A stretch of DNA of 58,692 nt from Elainellaceae cyanobacterium (lineage in GTDB: Bacteria > Cyanobacteriota > Cyanobacteriia > CAZCXK01). A program made the translations under genes and the position numbers. Shown one piece after another: positions 10,834-20,958 of the stretch (its first letter is position 1; each line of letters begins with the position of its first letter). The notes under the pieces are model-generated. The model saw only the letters and a program-made list of their open reading frames with translations, had not been told where the DNA came from and ran no database searches. Location of the stretch: contig JBNPEG010000001.1 in assembly GCA_051117555.1 (NCBI GenBank), positions 45,334-104,025 on the forward strand, read 5' to 3'.

Positions 10834-11853
10834 GTGAAAGACGCATCCGAGAGGGAGGGTATCCGTTGGAAGAATGGATTGGCGATCGCCAGTACCCTAT
10901 TTGAATATGGGATTAGCATCAGCCTGCTCATTCAACCCCTCTGGATTCTCAAACTCGTGGGCGTGATTCTCCTAACACACAGTTTCGTGTGGTCAGCAGT
11001 ACTCACCCATGAGTTTATTCATGGAACTATCTTTAAGGCGCGATCGCTCAACGCAGGATTTGGGCGGCTGATGACTCATCTCAACGGTGCGTGTTATGCG
11101 CCTTACGAAGATATCGTGCAGCATCATTTCAACCACCATATCTATCATGTAGATTTGGTGCCCTTTGATAGTCCGACCTACTTCAAGAGGCTTCCGTCCC
11201 CAATTCGACGCCTATTCGTGGCGCTGGAGTGGGTCTACTTTCCAGTCTTTGAATTTGTGATGCGATCGCGCTTGATATTGGCCCCGTTTCAAGGTGTAGG
11301 GCAATCTTTAGAGCAATCTTCAGGGCGATCGCGTCTGCGCTGGCGCACGCTCTTTCTCCTGACCTATCGGTGTGCACTCTTGGGTCTATTAGGTTGGGTG
11401 TCGTGGAGCGGGCTACTGCTATATGGAATTTCGTATATTTGTTTTGTAAATCTGATGCGGTTTGCGGATGCCTTTCACCATACCTATGACTATGTCGTAA
11501 CTGGAGAACCTATTCCAACGCGCGATCGCGCCTACGAAGATGCAAATACATTTTCAAATCTCGTCTCGATTAATCATCCGTGGCTAAATCTGCTCTACCT
11601 AAATTTTGGCTACCATAATGCCCATCACCACGACATGCGCTGCCCCTGGTATGCGCTTCCAGACCTTCATCGACGGCTATATGGGAGTCAGTCAAAGGCG
11701 ATCATTCCTCTGTCGCAGCTTATTCTCAACTATCACCAATTCAGAATTGAGCGGCTATTTGGCGGCCAGAGTGCTGCTCCGTCCGAGGCTCACCCTCCCG
11801 CTCTAGCAGACCTCATCGGAGGAGTGGGGGTTTCATTCTTGACGCCGCCTTAA
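10834..11853 (+). CDS. Membrane fatty-acid desaturase/hydroxylase superfamily di-iron protein
   Basis: Three His boxes HEFIH, HFNHH, HNAHH; TM segments; start uncertain. Confidence 0.85.
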   Translation: MKDASEREGIRWKNGLAIASTLFEYGISISLLIQPLWILKLVGVILLTHSFVWSAVLTHEFIHGTIFKARSLNAGFGRLMTHLNGACYAPYEDIVQHHFNHHIYHVDLVPFDSPTYFKRLPSPIRRLFVALEWVYFPVFEFVMRSRLILAPFQGVGQSLEQSSGRSRLRWRTLFLLTYRCALLGLLGWVSWSGLLLYGISYICFVNLMRFADAFHHTYDYVVTGEPIPTRDRAYEDANTFSNLVSINHPWLNLLYLNFGYHNAHHHDMRCPWYALPDLHRRLYGSQSKAIIPLSQLILNYHQFRIERLFGGQSAAPSEAHPPALADLIGGVGVSFLTPP

Positions 11854-11889
11854 TGGCTTTGCCTTTTGCCTTTTCCTTCTGCCTTTTGC

Positions 11890-12144
11890 TATAGCAATCC
11901 CAAATCAGTTGTGTGAAAACCCAAAGGGGTTTGGGGACTTCGTCCCCGTATGCGTTTAGCGCATGTGTGAGATCCCCCGCTGACGCTGCCCGAAAAAGGG
12001 GGCTATTTACAGGGTGTTGAAGTCCCCTTTTTCAAGGGGGATTTAGGGGGATCTCTAGGGCGTTACGCTAAATACATACTCGTCCCCAAGAAGGGGGCAA
12101 CGTCCCCTCCACCCCCTTCTTATGAATCATTTAGGACTGCTATA
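11890..12144. mobile_element. Composite nested miniature inverted-repeat element
   Basis: Outer TIR tatagcaatcccaaat/atttaggactgctata; inner element 11948-12079 with 14-bp TIR (12/14) and 8-bp direct repeat TCGTCCCC on both sides. Confidence 0.8.
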
Positions 12145-12840
12145 TACCTTACTGGTCATATCCGTGTGTCTCGCGCTGACTTGTGCCTTTACCCAGTTAA
12201 ACCATGTATCAAGGCCATCGCCTGTTTTGGCTGAAACTGGGATAATCGTTGCATGAGAATTCATCTGCCGCACATTTGCCACAATCGTCTCGACATTGAC
12301 GTCAAGATGAGGCGCCAAATCCATTTTAGTGATCAGCAAACAGTCGGCTTCTTGAAACATAATCGGATACTTGAGCGGCTTGTCTTCGCCTTCTGTAATG
12401 CTTAGCAGTGCAACTTTTGCATGTTCGCCTACTTCAAACTCAGCCGGACATACCAAATTCCCAACATTTTCAACCAACACCAGGTCAAAGTCGGCAGGAG
12501 TGTAGTTGTGTTCGAGCTGATGAATACCTCCTGCCACCATCCTTGAGTCAAGATGGCACGATCGCCCCGTATTAATCGCAATTACCGGAACCCCATACTG
12601 CCGCAGGCGATCGGCATCTAGTTCGGTTGTCATGTCGCCTTCAATCACTGCAATCTTCAACTCTGAGCACAGCGCCGCCAACGTGCGTTCTAAAAGAACA
12701 GTCTTGCCTGCGCCAGGGCTGCTCATGATATTGAGACAGGTGATACCCCATGTATCAAAGTGCGATCGGTTATGGTCTGCGCCATCTTGATTGGCATGGA
12801 GGAGATTGATTCCGAGAGCGGTGTCAATGGGTTGATGCAT
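12127..12840 (-). CDS. hypB: HypB-type Ni-insertion GTPase (GhaB-like accessory for guanidine hydrolase)
   Basis: [44 protein letters not shown] 12840 overlaps the end of the hypA homolog. Confidence 0.92.
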   Translation of the reverse strand: MHQPIDTALGINLLHANQDGADHNRSHFDTWGITCLNIMSSPGAGKTVLLERTLAALCSELKIAVIEGDMTTELDADRLRQYGVPVIAINTGRSCHLDSRMVAGGIHQLEHNYTPADFDLVLVENVGNLVCPAEFEVGEHAKVALLSITEGEDKPLKYPIMFQEADCLLITKMDLAPHLDVNVETIVANVRQMNSHATIIPVSAKTGDGLDTWFNWVKAQVSARHTDMTSKVYSSPK

Positions 12841-13201
12841 GGTTAGACGTCGAGGGGTGATGTTCAATGCGATCGATCTTGAGTTCTCGTCCAGAGCGGA
12901 TATCGTCCATTGGAGCATTACACGTTGGGCACGCATAGCGATCGCCCATGTCAGGATAATACTCGTGCTGGCAGGAGTGACAAAACGCGATCAGGGGAGT
13001 TTCTCGAATGTTCAGCGTTGTATGTTCCAAAAACGTGTTTTGAGTTTGGATATCAAATGCAAACCGCAAACTCGCGGGCTCGACACAGGTAAACTGCCCC
13101 ACGATTAGATGAATGGTCGTGATGGACGGCTGCTCAGGCTGAGAGTCCCACCAATCTTTGACGGTGAGAATGAGCGCCTTGGTCATGTCTGTTTCATGCA
13201 T
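12824..13201 (-). CDS. hypA: HypA-type Ni metallochaperone (GhaA-like)
   Basis: MHE start, CHSC...CPTC zinc site, [11 protein letters not shown]. Confidence 0.92.
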   Translation of the reverse strand: MHETDMTKALILTVKDWWDSQPEQPSITTIHLIVGQFTCVEPASLRFAFDIQTQNTFLEHTTLNIRETPLIAFCHSCQHEYYPDMGDRYACPTCNAPMDDIRSGRELKIDRIEHHPSTSNHASTH

Positions 13202-13271
13202 ATCAATTCATGCAGACCCAAAACGGTGTGAGAAGTGAAACTAGTCCTTCAAGGATGGTGGATAGGCGTCA

Positions 13272-14465
13272 TTATGCCCATGCTGCATCGACTGCCATAT
13301 TCGCGTCTGCGTGAATATAGGCAGGGTTCTGGGCGCGAGGAAGCTGACCCGACAGCACCAGGTGCGCCATCGTGTCGCAAATCACGCGGGTCGCCATCAG
13401 TGACGTGATGTCGCTGATGTCATAGGGAGGCGATACTTCAACCACTTCTAATCCGCAGACTGGCGCATTTTGAACAATTTTGCCTAGCAGATAAAGGGCT
13501 TCACGGGGTAAGAGCCCACCCGGTTCGGGCCAGCCTGTCCCAGGGACAAATCCGGCATCAATGCAGTCAATATCAAAGCTGATATAAACGCAGTCGGTGC
13601 CATCCAGCGCCTTTTCTAAGGCAAAGTCAACTGCCGCATCTAGCCCCATCTCCGTGATATCGGTGACCGTGAGAATATTGGTTGCCCGCTCTCGGCAAAC
13701 CTTAACGCCTTGACGAGGCACCTGCCACCCGCCGATGCCAAGCTGTACGAGATTCTTCGCCGGAGCGTTTTCCATATTGGTCGCATGAAACCACGGGCAG
13801 GTATGCATGCGTTCGTCTAGGTCAGTCTCTTGGGTATCCACATGGCGATCGAAGTGAATGATTCCGACCTTTTTGTCGCCCAAATGTCGACACACTCCAC
13901 GCACAGTGGGAAACCCAATCGAGTGATCGCCCCCTAAAATGATTGGGAATGCCCCAGAACTAAAAATATGGGCGACCCCTTTCGAGATTTGGTCAAATGA
14001 TTTTTCATTGTTGGCTGGAATGGTAAAAACATCCCCCACATCACATAGGGTAATTTGCTCCCGCAGGTCAATCCCCAATTCAAAATTGTAGGGCGTGTAG
14101 AGAGCGGAGATGCGACGGATGCCCTGGGGGCCAAACCGCGTGCCCGGACGATAGGTTGTGCCGCTATCGTGCGGGACCCCCACGATCGCCACATCATAGG
14201 TGCCGACCTGACGCACATCTTCTAAATAAGGCGCTTTGAGGAAGGTATTGATACCCGCATAATGGGGCAATTCGCCTCGGGAAAACGTTGGAATTGAGCG
14301 ATCGCGCACGCTGTCTGCCGCTTCTAGCCCGTACTCCAAACCTCTAGACACCTCTTGCTGCCATCCTGTCATGGGCAGATGGGCTTCTCTCTCTAATGCG
14401 TGTTGAGCTTGAGTATGGGACGGTGACTCAGAATCCGGGCTTTGAAATAGGGGGTTTTCAGTCAT
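13272..14465 (-). CDS. gdmH: Ni-dependent guanidine hydrolase (ureohydrolase/agmatinase family, Sll1077-like)
   Basis: GWQQEV...IPTFSRGELPHYAGINTFLKAPY N-terminus, GGDHSIG, HFDRHVDTQE, RMHTCPW, SFDIDCIDAGFVPGTGWPEPGG; followed by hypA/hypB homologs. Confidence 0.9.
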   Translation of the reverse strand: MTENPLFQSPDSESPSHTQAQHALEREAHLPMTGWQQEVSRGLEYGLEAADSVRDRSIPTFSRGELPHYAGINTFLKAPYLEDVRQVGTYDVAIVGVPHDSGTTYRPGTRFGPQGIRRISALYTPYNFELGIDLREQITLCDVGDVFTIPANNEKSFDQISKGVAHIFSSGAFPIILGGDHSIGFPTVRGVCRHLGDKKVGIIHFDRHVDTQETDLDERMHTCPWFHATNMENAPAKNLVQLGIGGWQVPRQGVKVCRERATNILTVTDITEMGLDAAVDFALEKALDGTDCVYISFDIDCIDAGFVPGTGWPEPGGLLPREALYLLGKIVQNAPVCGLEVVEVSPPYDISDITSLMATRVICDTMAHLVLSGQLPRAQNPAYIHADANMAVDAAWA

Positions 14466-14661
14466 GTATTCAACCAACGCTGTTGAGACAAAAATCTAAT
14501 TGAGCTTCTAGAGTTAGCAACAAATAAACTCTGTAAATGTGCTAAAAACTACCAAATGGGCATCGTTGCCTCAGACACAATGATTTGTGAGGCGTTACCA
14601 AGTTTACTGTAAAGACGCAACAGACTTCATGTATTTCAGCTACATTTCCAATCGTGTGGAA

Positions 14662-14754
14662 TATAGCGATCCTAAATCGCGTGTGAATTGTGTATGAGCG
14701 GTGGGGCGGACGGCGCCCGCCCCACAGGCTCACAACCCATCTGGGATTGCTATA
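14662..14754. mobile_element. Miniature inverted-repeat element with the same TIR family as 11890-12144
   Basis: tatagcgatcctaaat ... atctgggattgctata enclosing palindrome gtggggcgg-acggcgc-ccgccccac. Confidence 0.7.
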
Positions 14755-14908
14755 GATTCAATTCGGTTTAGTACCTGGGTTAAGTTGGCGGGTCTACCCA
14801 CTGGTTTCCGATGCTTGGTATACTTCGTCATCTCGCCTAAATCCGTAGGATAGGAATTGGCGGGTTGGCTATAGGCGAAACTGTCGTTTTTGGGGTGCCC
14901 AAACAGGT

Positions 14909-16075
14909 ATGGATTTGCTTGAATATCAGGCTAAAGAGTTATTCCGTCAATATGGTATTCCGATTTTGCCATCTCAACGGATACAAAACCTCCAGGATCT
15001 TAAGAATCTCGAGATTCCCTATCCGATTGTGTTGAAGTCTCAAGTTCGTGTTGGAGGACGAGCAAAAGCTGGAGGCATTCGGTTTGTCGAAAATACGATT
15101 GATGCGATCGCCGCTGCCCAAGCATTGTTTAAGTTGCCGATTTCGGGTGATTGCCCTCAAGTGCTTTTAGCTGAAGCTAGATACAATTCTGAGCAGGAGC
15201 TATATTTGGCGATTGTGATCGATACTCAAGCTCGTCGTCCCGTATTGTTAGGGTCGGTTCAGGGTGGAGTCGGTATTGATTTAGCGATTGACCATATTCA
15301 AAAAGTAATTGTTGAGCAAGAGTTTACGTCATTCTATGCCCGCAAACTGGCGCTCAAAATGGGACTCAGCGGTGGCGTATTCCAGTCGGTAAGCCGTCTA
15401 ATCGAGCAAATGTGCCGACTGTTTATCGATAAAGATCTGGATCTGATTGAGATTAATCCTCTGGCGATTAACCCATCAGGAGACGTAATGGCATTAGATG
15501 GTAAGGTGACAGTTAACGAGGTCGCGTTGGGACGACATGATGATTTAGCCCAGCTAAAACCACACGTGACCCCGTCATCAGAGAGCTTACGGCGATCGCC
15601 CTCGCTACCAAGCCTTGAACCGGTTTCTCTGGGTGGAGACATTGGCATCGTATGCAATGGAGCCGGACTAACCATGACTACTCTAGATATGGTGTGTCAA
15701 GCGGGCGGCACCCCTGCTCATGTGCTTAATATTGGCGGAGAGTGCCGATATTCTTGGTCTTCGGCGATGCTGTTAGATCGCGTCGAGCATGGGCTCAGTC
15801 TGTTGACTCAGCTCCCAGATGTCCGCGTCATATTAGTCAATATCTTCAGCAATGGTGTCCCGTGTAGTCAAATTGCGGCAACCATCGCTCGCCATATTCG
15901 TCTAAATGCTCAAGAGCCGGTTCCTAGATTGGTAGTGCGGCTGGTAGGACAGCCGTTAGATCAGGCAAGAGACATTCTCTCGGCAGCCGATTTGGCCTTA
16001 GTGGATCAACTCGATGCCGCTGTTGACCAAGTTATCACCATGAGCCATCCTGAGCGGGCAAAGTCGTCGGCTTAA
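14909..16075 (+). CDS. sucC: Succinate--CoA ligase beta subunit
   Basis: MDLLEYQAKELF, GGRAKAGG, IEINPL, ALDGK, NGAGL. Confidence 0.9.
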   Translation: MDLLEYQAKELFRQYGIPILPSQRIQNLQDLKNLEIPYPIVLKSQVRVGGRAKAGGIRFVENTIDAIAAAQALFKLPISGDCPQVLLAEARYNSEQELYLAIVIDTQARRPVLLGSVQGGVGIDLAIDHIQKVIVEQEFTSFYARKLALKMGLSGGVFQSVSRLIEQMCRLFIDKDLDLIEINPLAINPSGDVMALDGKVTVNEVALGRHDDLAQLKPHVTPSSESLRRSPSLPSLEPVSLGGDIGIVCNGAGLTMTTLDMVCQAGGTPAHVLNIGGECRYSWSSAMLLDRVEHGLSLLTQLPDVRVILVNIFSNGVPCSQIAATIARHIRLNAQEPVPRLVVRLVGQPLDQARDILSAADLALVDQLDAAVDQVITMSHPERAKSSA

Positions 16076-16158
16076 GAGTCAAACAGCATCGACACAATGT
16101 CTTAATGTCGCAAAACGAAGGAGGGAATGCTGGCTTCTTAGCATATTGAGGAACTGTC

Positions 16159-17070
16159 ATGAACTTCACAGCAGACAGCAAGGTGCTCGTTCAAGGGATT
16201 CTTGACCCATTAAGTTTGATTCATACGCCCTTGATGCAGTCCTATGGCACGCAAGTTGTGGGTGGAATTAGCCCAGGGCATGGCGGTGAACAGCATCAGG
16301 GAATTCCAATCTTTGATCTGGTTGAGGAAGCGATACACACCCTTGGTGAGGTGGATATCGCTATTTTGTTTGTTCAGCCTTATCTCGCACTGGATGCAGC
16401 ACTGGAGGCGATCGCCGCAGGAATTCGCCAAATCGTCATCATTACGGCTGGTATGCCTCCTTTAGATATGGTCAAACTGAGCCGCAAAGCAGACGCCACA
16501 CAAACCACAATTATTGGGCCAAATAGTCCGGGGCTCATCATCCCTGGGCACTTGCTAGTCGGCACCCATCCAGCTCATTGTTACAGACCAGGCTCGATTG
16601 GTCTTCTGAGTCGCAGCGGAACCCTCACCTATGAAATTGCTCTAGGTTTAACTCGCGCAGGCTTAGGACAGTCTGCAGCAGTGAGTATTGGCAGCGACCC
16701 AGTCGTCGGGTCTTCATTTCAGCAATGGCTCCACTGGTTTGATACTGACGACCAGACCGACATTATTCTTGTAGCTGGAAAAGCTGGAAACAGCGGCGAA
16801 GAACTCGCTGCCCAATATATTGCAGATGTTATCCAAAAACCCGTCGTGGCGTATGTTGCTGGGCACAACGTGCCTCACGACCCGCCCCTCGGGCATGCTC
16901 AGGCAATCACCATGTCTCGTCTAACGAATTTAAGTGGCGATCGGGGAACCGCGGCGAGTAAAGTGGCAGCGTTTAGAAAAGCAGGGGTGCCAGTCGCAGA
17001 TTGTCCAGCCGATCTGTCTCGACTGATCAAAAAAGAGCTAAAACGCTATAGTAAGCCAATCCGCCTATGA
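16159..17070 (+). CDS. sucD: Succinate--CoA ligase alpha subunit
   Basis: VLVQGI, IIGPNSPG, SRSGTLTYE, LGHA phospho-His. Confidence 0.9.
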   Translation: MNFTADSKVLVQGILDPLSLIHTPLMQSYGTQVVGGISPGHGGEQHQGIPIFDLVEEAIHTLGEVDIAILFVQPYLALDAALEAIAAGIRQIVIITAGMPPLDMVKLSRKADATQTTIIGPNSPGLIIPGHLLVGTHPAHCYRPGSIGLLSRSGTLTYEIALGLTRAGLGQSAAVSIGSDPVVGSSFQQWLHWFDTDDQTDIILVAGKAGNSGEELAAQYIADVIQKPVVAYVAGHNVPHDPPLGHAQAITMSRLTNLSGDRGTAASKVAAFRKAGVPVADCPADLSRLIKKELKRYSKPIRL

Positions 17071-17091
17071 TGCGTTTGTAATGACATGCGT

Positions 17092-18027
17092 CTAAATATG
17101 CTGGTGGTCAGACTCCGACACATGCAGTGATAAGGGTTCTGGCAAATTTACGAAATGAGCCGTGTGAACATAGGGCTGGTGCAGGCAAATCAGTTGGGCG
17201 AGGGTGCGCTTGAGCTGAGTGCGCGGAATGATCGAGTCAATAAACCCATGTGCGAGCAAATATTCTGAGGTTTGGAAGTCATCCGGCAGCTTTTCTCGTA
17301 ATGTTTGCTCAACCACTCGTCTTCCAGCAAAGCCAATTGTTGCCTTGGGCTCTGCCAAAATAATATCGCCTAGCATCGCAAAGCTGGCCGTCACTCCGCC
17401 CGTAGTGGGATGGGTCAAGATTGGCACGTATAAGAGGCGTGCTTCACGATGGCGTTGAAGCGCACCAGAAATTTTCGCCATTTGGCACAAACTGAGCATC
17501 CCCTCCTGCATGCGGGCTCCGCCCGACGCACAAACGATGGAGACGGGCAATCGTTCCCAGGTTGCTCGCTCAATCAGGCGAGTTAGCTTTTCACCGACGA
17601 CCGATCCCATACTGCCGCCCATAAAGCGGAAATCCATAACGCCGAGCGCAATAGGCAGACCGTCAAGCTGCCCCAATCCCGTCTGCACGGCATCGGTCAG
17701 CCCCGTTTTAGATTGGTACTCTCGAATCCGGTCGCTATAGGCTTTGCGATCGCGAAATTTGAGAGCATCAACAGGCTGGATATCTTCATCGAGAGACTGC
17801 CATGTATGGGGATCAATCAACTGCTGAATTCGTTCTCCGCTGTCAATCCGATGATGATGACCGCAATCTAAGCAAACCATCAAATTGGAGCGCAGATCTT
17901 TCGCGTACGTCAAGACGCCGCATGACTCACACTTGCTCCATAAACCATCTGCAATTTCTCGCTGTTGCCGCTCTTTACTGATCGGCTCTGATTTTCTTCG
18001 ATTTGCAAACCAATCAAACAAAGACAT
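17092..18027 (-). CDS. accD: Acetyl-CoA carboxylase carboxyltransferase beta subunit
   Basis: [13 protein letters not shown] zinc ribbon, [22 protein letters not shown]. Confidence 0.97.
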   Translation of the reverse strand: MSLFDWFANRRKSEPISKERQQREIADGLWSKCESCGVLTYAKDLRSNLMVCLDCGHHHRIDSGERIQQLIDPHTWQSLDEDIQPVDALKFRDRKAYSDRIREYQSKTGLTDAVQTGLGQLDGLPIALGVMDFRFMGGSMGSVVGEKLTRLIERATWERLPVSIVCASGGARMQEGMLSLCQMAKISGALQRHREARLLYVPILTHPTTGGVTASFAMLGDIILAEPKATIGFAGRRVVEQTLREKLPDDFQTSEYLLAHGFIDSIIPRTQLKRTLAQLICLHQPYVHTAHFVNLPEPLSLHVSESDHQHI

Positions 18028-18090
18028 GAATACTTACTTGGTTCCTTTAATAAGGGGTCTATCGAAATTTTGTTAAATACTGAACAGTCT

Positions 18091-18315
18091 CTATTCTTCC
18101 AGATCTTCGGCATAATCTTCGACTGGACTAAGCAAAAGCAACGCCGTCCAGCGGTCTTGAGGACGAACCTGCACTGCGGCGGGCATACCACAGCCAAAGT
18201 GTGGAACCACTCCGTGGCTGACAACCCGTGCAGGAATTTCATGGGCAGCTAGCATTTGCTGCATTAGCTCAGCTTCCCAGCGGGTTCCGGTTGTTTTTAG
18301 GGTGATCCAAGTCAC
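18091..18315 (-). CDS. Small conserved hypothetical protein (DUF2007-like)
   Basis: WEAELMQQMLAAHEIPARV...VQVRPQD pattern; co-oriented between pilD and accD. Confidence 0.65.
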   Translation of the reverse strand: MTWITLKTTGTRWEAELMQQMLAAHEIPARVVSHGVVPHFGCGMPAAVQVRPQDRWTALLLLSPVEDYAEDLEE

Positions 18316-18383
18316 TGGACGATCTTATCAGAGGACGGAATATTAGATGTCTGAGTTAGGCCGGGTGACATAGATAGTTCTGA

Positions 18384-18470
18384 TATAGCCCTACAGGCTT
18401 GGATTGGTCTGTAGGACCCGCGTGCCGCAGGGGTTACAGACGTTAGATGTCCTACGAGAGCATACGGTTA
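18384..18470 (+). repeat. Dispersed repeat family A, copy 2
   Basis: tatagccctacaggcttggatt ... gtcctacgagagcatacggtta. Confidence 0.7.
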
Positions 18471-18600
18471 GACACCACTAAGGGTATAAGACTTACTCAA
18501 GGCTTCGATAAAAGATGTCTATCGCTCTATGCACTTAAATTAAATATGCACTTGAATCAAACCAGATGGGCTGCATTTCATCAGGATTTTGCTAGCAGAT

Positions 18601-19422
18601 CTAAAGACTTGGAAAAAAGAACTGGAGATAAGCCTCTAGCAGCGTCTCGCCAAAGAATAGCGTCAAGATAGCGCCTAACGCAAGAAATGGACCAAACGGA
18701 ATGGGTTGTCGGCGACTTAATATGCCAAGGGCGATCGCCCCTCCTCCAATCACTGCACCTATTAGACATGCGAGGAACCCAGACAGCAAGAGCGCCTTCC
18801 AGCCCAACCAGGCTCCCATCATCGCGGCTAACTTTGCATCGCCTCCCCCCATTGCTGTCTGCCCAAACGCAACTGAGCCGACTACAGTGATGACGTCAAA
18901 GAGCCAAAGCCCAATGACAGCCCCCAAGATGCCAACCATCATCTGCTCGGCTGTCCCAGAGAGGGTAGGCATATTAGCCCAACCGATCCCCAGTTGAAAA
19001 AAGATGCCGATCACTAAACCAGACTGCGTTAGGGGATTGGGCAGGGTCATGGTGTCGAGGTCAATGAGCGACAGAGCTAACAACCAGCTTGTAAATGCCC
19101 AGTAGCCGACAATAATCCACGGATTGTCAAATGCGGAGGCGATCGCCACAAAGAGTAAGCCAGTTGCAGCTTCGACAACCGGATATCGCGCCGAAATGGG
19201 GTGATTGCAATAGCGGCAGCGACCTCGCAACCACAGCCACCCCAAGACAGGAACATTGTCATAGCTCTTTAATCGATGAAGGCAATGAGGACAGCGAGAG
19301 GGCGGAAACAGCAGTGATATTTTGGCGGGAAGCCGATAGATCACCACATTCAAAAAGCTGCCAATGGAGGCTCCTAGAAAAAAGACAATCAGCGTCTTGA
19401 GCCCCAACACAATTACATCCAT
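18601..19422 (-). CDS. pilD: Type IV prepilin peptidase/N-methyltransferase
   Basis: GSFLNVVIYRLP, CPHC/CRYC, IDLDTM, MGGGDAKL, IPFGPFL. Confidence 0.95.
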   Translation of the reverse strand: MDVIVLGLKTLIVFFLGASIGSFLNVVIYRLPAKISLLFPPSRCPHCLHRLKSYDNVPVLGWLWLRGRCRYCNHPISARYPVVEAATGLLFVAIASAFDNPWIIVGYWAFTSWLLALSLIDLDTMTLPNPLTQSGLVIGIFFQLGIGWANMPTLSGTAEQMMVGILGAVIGLWLFDVITVVGSVAFGQTAMGGGDAKLAAMMGAWLGWKALLLSGFLACLIGAVIGGGAIALGILSRRQPIPFGPFLALGAILTLFFGETLLEAYLQFFFPSL

Positions 19423-19470
19423 ACCGTGAATTGCAGTCTGATGAGGGGGTAAAAAGCAGGTGTGCGTCTG

Positions 19471-19731
19471 TTAGGACGTGAGAATGTGCTGGATCGGCAC
19501 AAAACACTCTTGAGGAAGTAAAACTGGGCGATCGGTGAAAATAATTTGCCCTCGGTACGTAAATCGGTCAATTGCGACGCCTAGCGGACGTTGAGCTTGA
19601 CTCGGATGAACCTCGCAAAAGTCATGATAAATATGCCGAGCAGCATGCACAATTGCCGGGTCGGAGAATAAACCGTCTCTAGGATTGGCTTGACCAGCTC
19701 TACGGCTGGTATCGTGTTGTGACACGTACAC
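19471..19731 (-). CDS. Conserved cyanobacterial hypothetical protein
   Basis: Co-oriented between leuB and pilD; RPLGVAI...PVLLPQECFVP. Confidence 0.65.
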   Translation of the reverse strand: MYVSQHDTSRRAGQANPRDGLFSDPAIVHAARHIYHDFCEVHPSQAQRPLGVAIDRFTYRGQIIFTDRPVLLPQECFVPIQHILTS

Positions 19732-19863
19732 GACTAATTTATCTCTACTCTGATAGCTAGACTTTAGGCGATTTGTCTACGGACATCAAGATTTCTAAAT
19801 TCTCGGGTACAAAACGAATGACTATTGTTTAGCAGGTTTGTAGAGAAATCACGAATGCTGTCA

Positions 19864-20958
19864 TCATGGCGATCGCTTGGCGATCGCATCGAGTAAAACG
19901 GCTCCCATGTCTCGACAGCCAACCTGCGTCATAGTGGGCGACATAATATCGCCCGTTCGATAGCCTGCATCTAACACATCAAGAACCGCCTGCTCAATCT
20001 GATCAGCTATGACAGGCTGATTGAGCCCATAGCGCATCATCATGGCTGCACTCAAAACTTGAGCCATCGGATTGGCTTTATCGTGTCCGGCGATATCAGG
20101 CGCAGACCCATGCACCGGCTCAAACACCCCCGGCCCAGAACTGCCTAAACTGGCAGACGGCAACATGCCAATACTGCCTGTGAGCATCGCGGCAGCATCA
20201 GAGAGAATATCACCAAAGAGATTGCCCGTCACAATCGTGTCAAACTGTTTGGGCGATCGCACAAGCTGCATCGCCGCATTGTCGACATATAAATGCGAAA
20301 GTTCCACATCGGGATATTCACTGGCAAGCTGGCTCATGCGATCGCGCCATAGCTGAGAGACTTCTAACACATTGGCTTTATCAACCGAACAGAGCCTACC
20401 GCTCCGTTTTTGAGCCGTTTCGAAGGCGACTCGCCCAATTCGATCCACTTCAGTCTCGGTATACGCCATCGTATTAACCCCACGGCTTTCCCCCGTTTCC
20501 GTGGAGAAGATTCCTTTGGGTTTCCCGAAATAGATCCCTCCGGTCAATTCCCGGACAACCATCAAATCGACTCCGTCTACCACATCCCGTTTTAGCGTCG
20601 AAGCGTCAACGAGCTGAGGCAAAATTCTGGCAGGACGCAAATTCGCAAACAACTTTAGCCCCGCGCGCAAGCCTAGTAACCCTCGTTCGGGGCGTTGGTG
20701 GGCCGGTAGAGTATCCCACTTGTATCCCCCAATCGCAGCGAGCAAAACTGCGTCGCTATCCCGACAGAGATCGAGCGTATCAGCAGGCAAGGGATCACCC
20801 GTCGCGTCGATCGCCGACCCTCCAATCAAACCCGTTTGAAAATCGAATGTAACGGCAAACTGCTGACCTACAGTTTTCAAGACATCCACCGCAACAGCTA
20901 TAATTTCTGGACCGATTCCGTCGCCTGGAAGAAGAGTGATGCGGTAGTTTTGGGTCAT
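19864..20958 (-). CDS. leuB: 3-isopropylmalate dehydrogenase
   Basis: [42 protein letters not shown]. Confidence 0.97.
   Translation of the reverse strand: MTQNYRITLLPGDGIGPEIIAVAVDVLKTVGQQFAVTFDFQTGLIGGSAIDATGDPLPADTLDLCRDSDAVLLAAIGGYKWDTLPAHQRPERGLLGLRAGLKLFANLRPARILPQLVDASTLKRDVVDGVDLMVVRELTGGIYFGKPKGIFSTETGESRGVNTMAYTETEVDRIGRVAFETAQKRSGRLCSVDKANVLEVSQLWRDRMSQLASEYPDVELSHLYVDNAAMQLVRSPKQFDTIVTGNLFGDILSDAAAMLTGSIGMLPSASLGSSGPGVFEPVHGSAPDIAGHDKANPMAQVLSAAMMMRYGLNQPVIADQIEQAVLDVLDAGYRTGDIMSPTMTQVGCRDMGAVLLDAIAKRSP

Noticed and set aside
12127..13201. hypA/hypB as hydrogenase maturation genes
   Set aside because: No hydrogenase or hypCDEF nearby; adjacency to gdmH points to Ni delivery for guanidine hydrolase.
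13272..14465. Annotation as agmatinase speB
   Set aside because: The N-terminal extension and TGWPEPGG/MHTCPW motifs match the Sll1077/GdmH type.
14559..14570. Minus-strand hairpin ggca-ACGA-tgcc in the gdmH leader as a guanidine-II riboswitch
   Set aside because: Only one weak ACGR-loop hairpin; mini-ykkC needs two.
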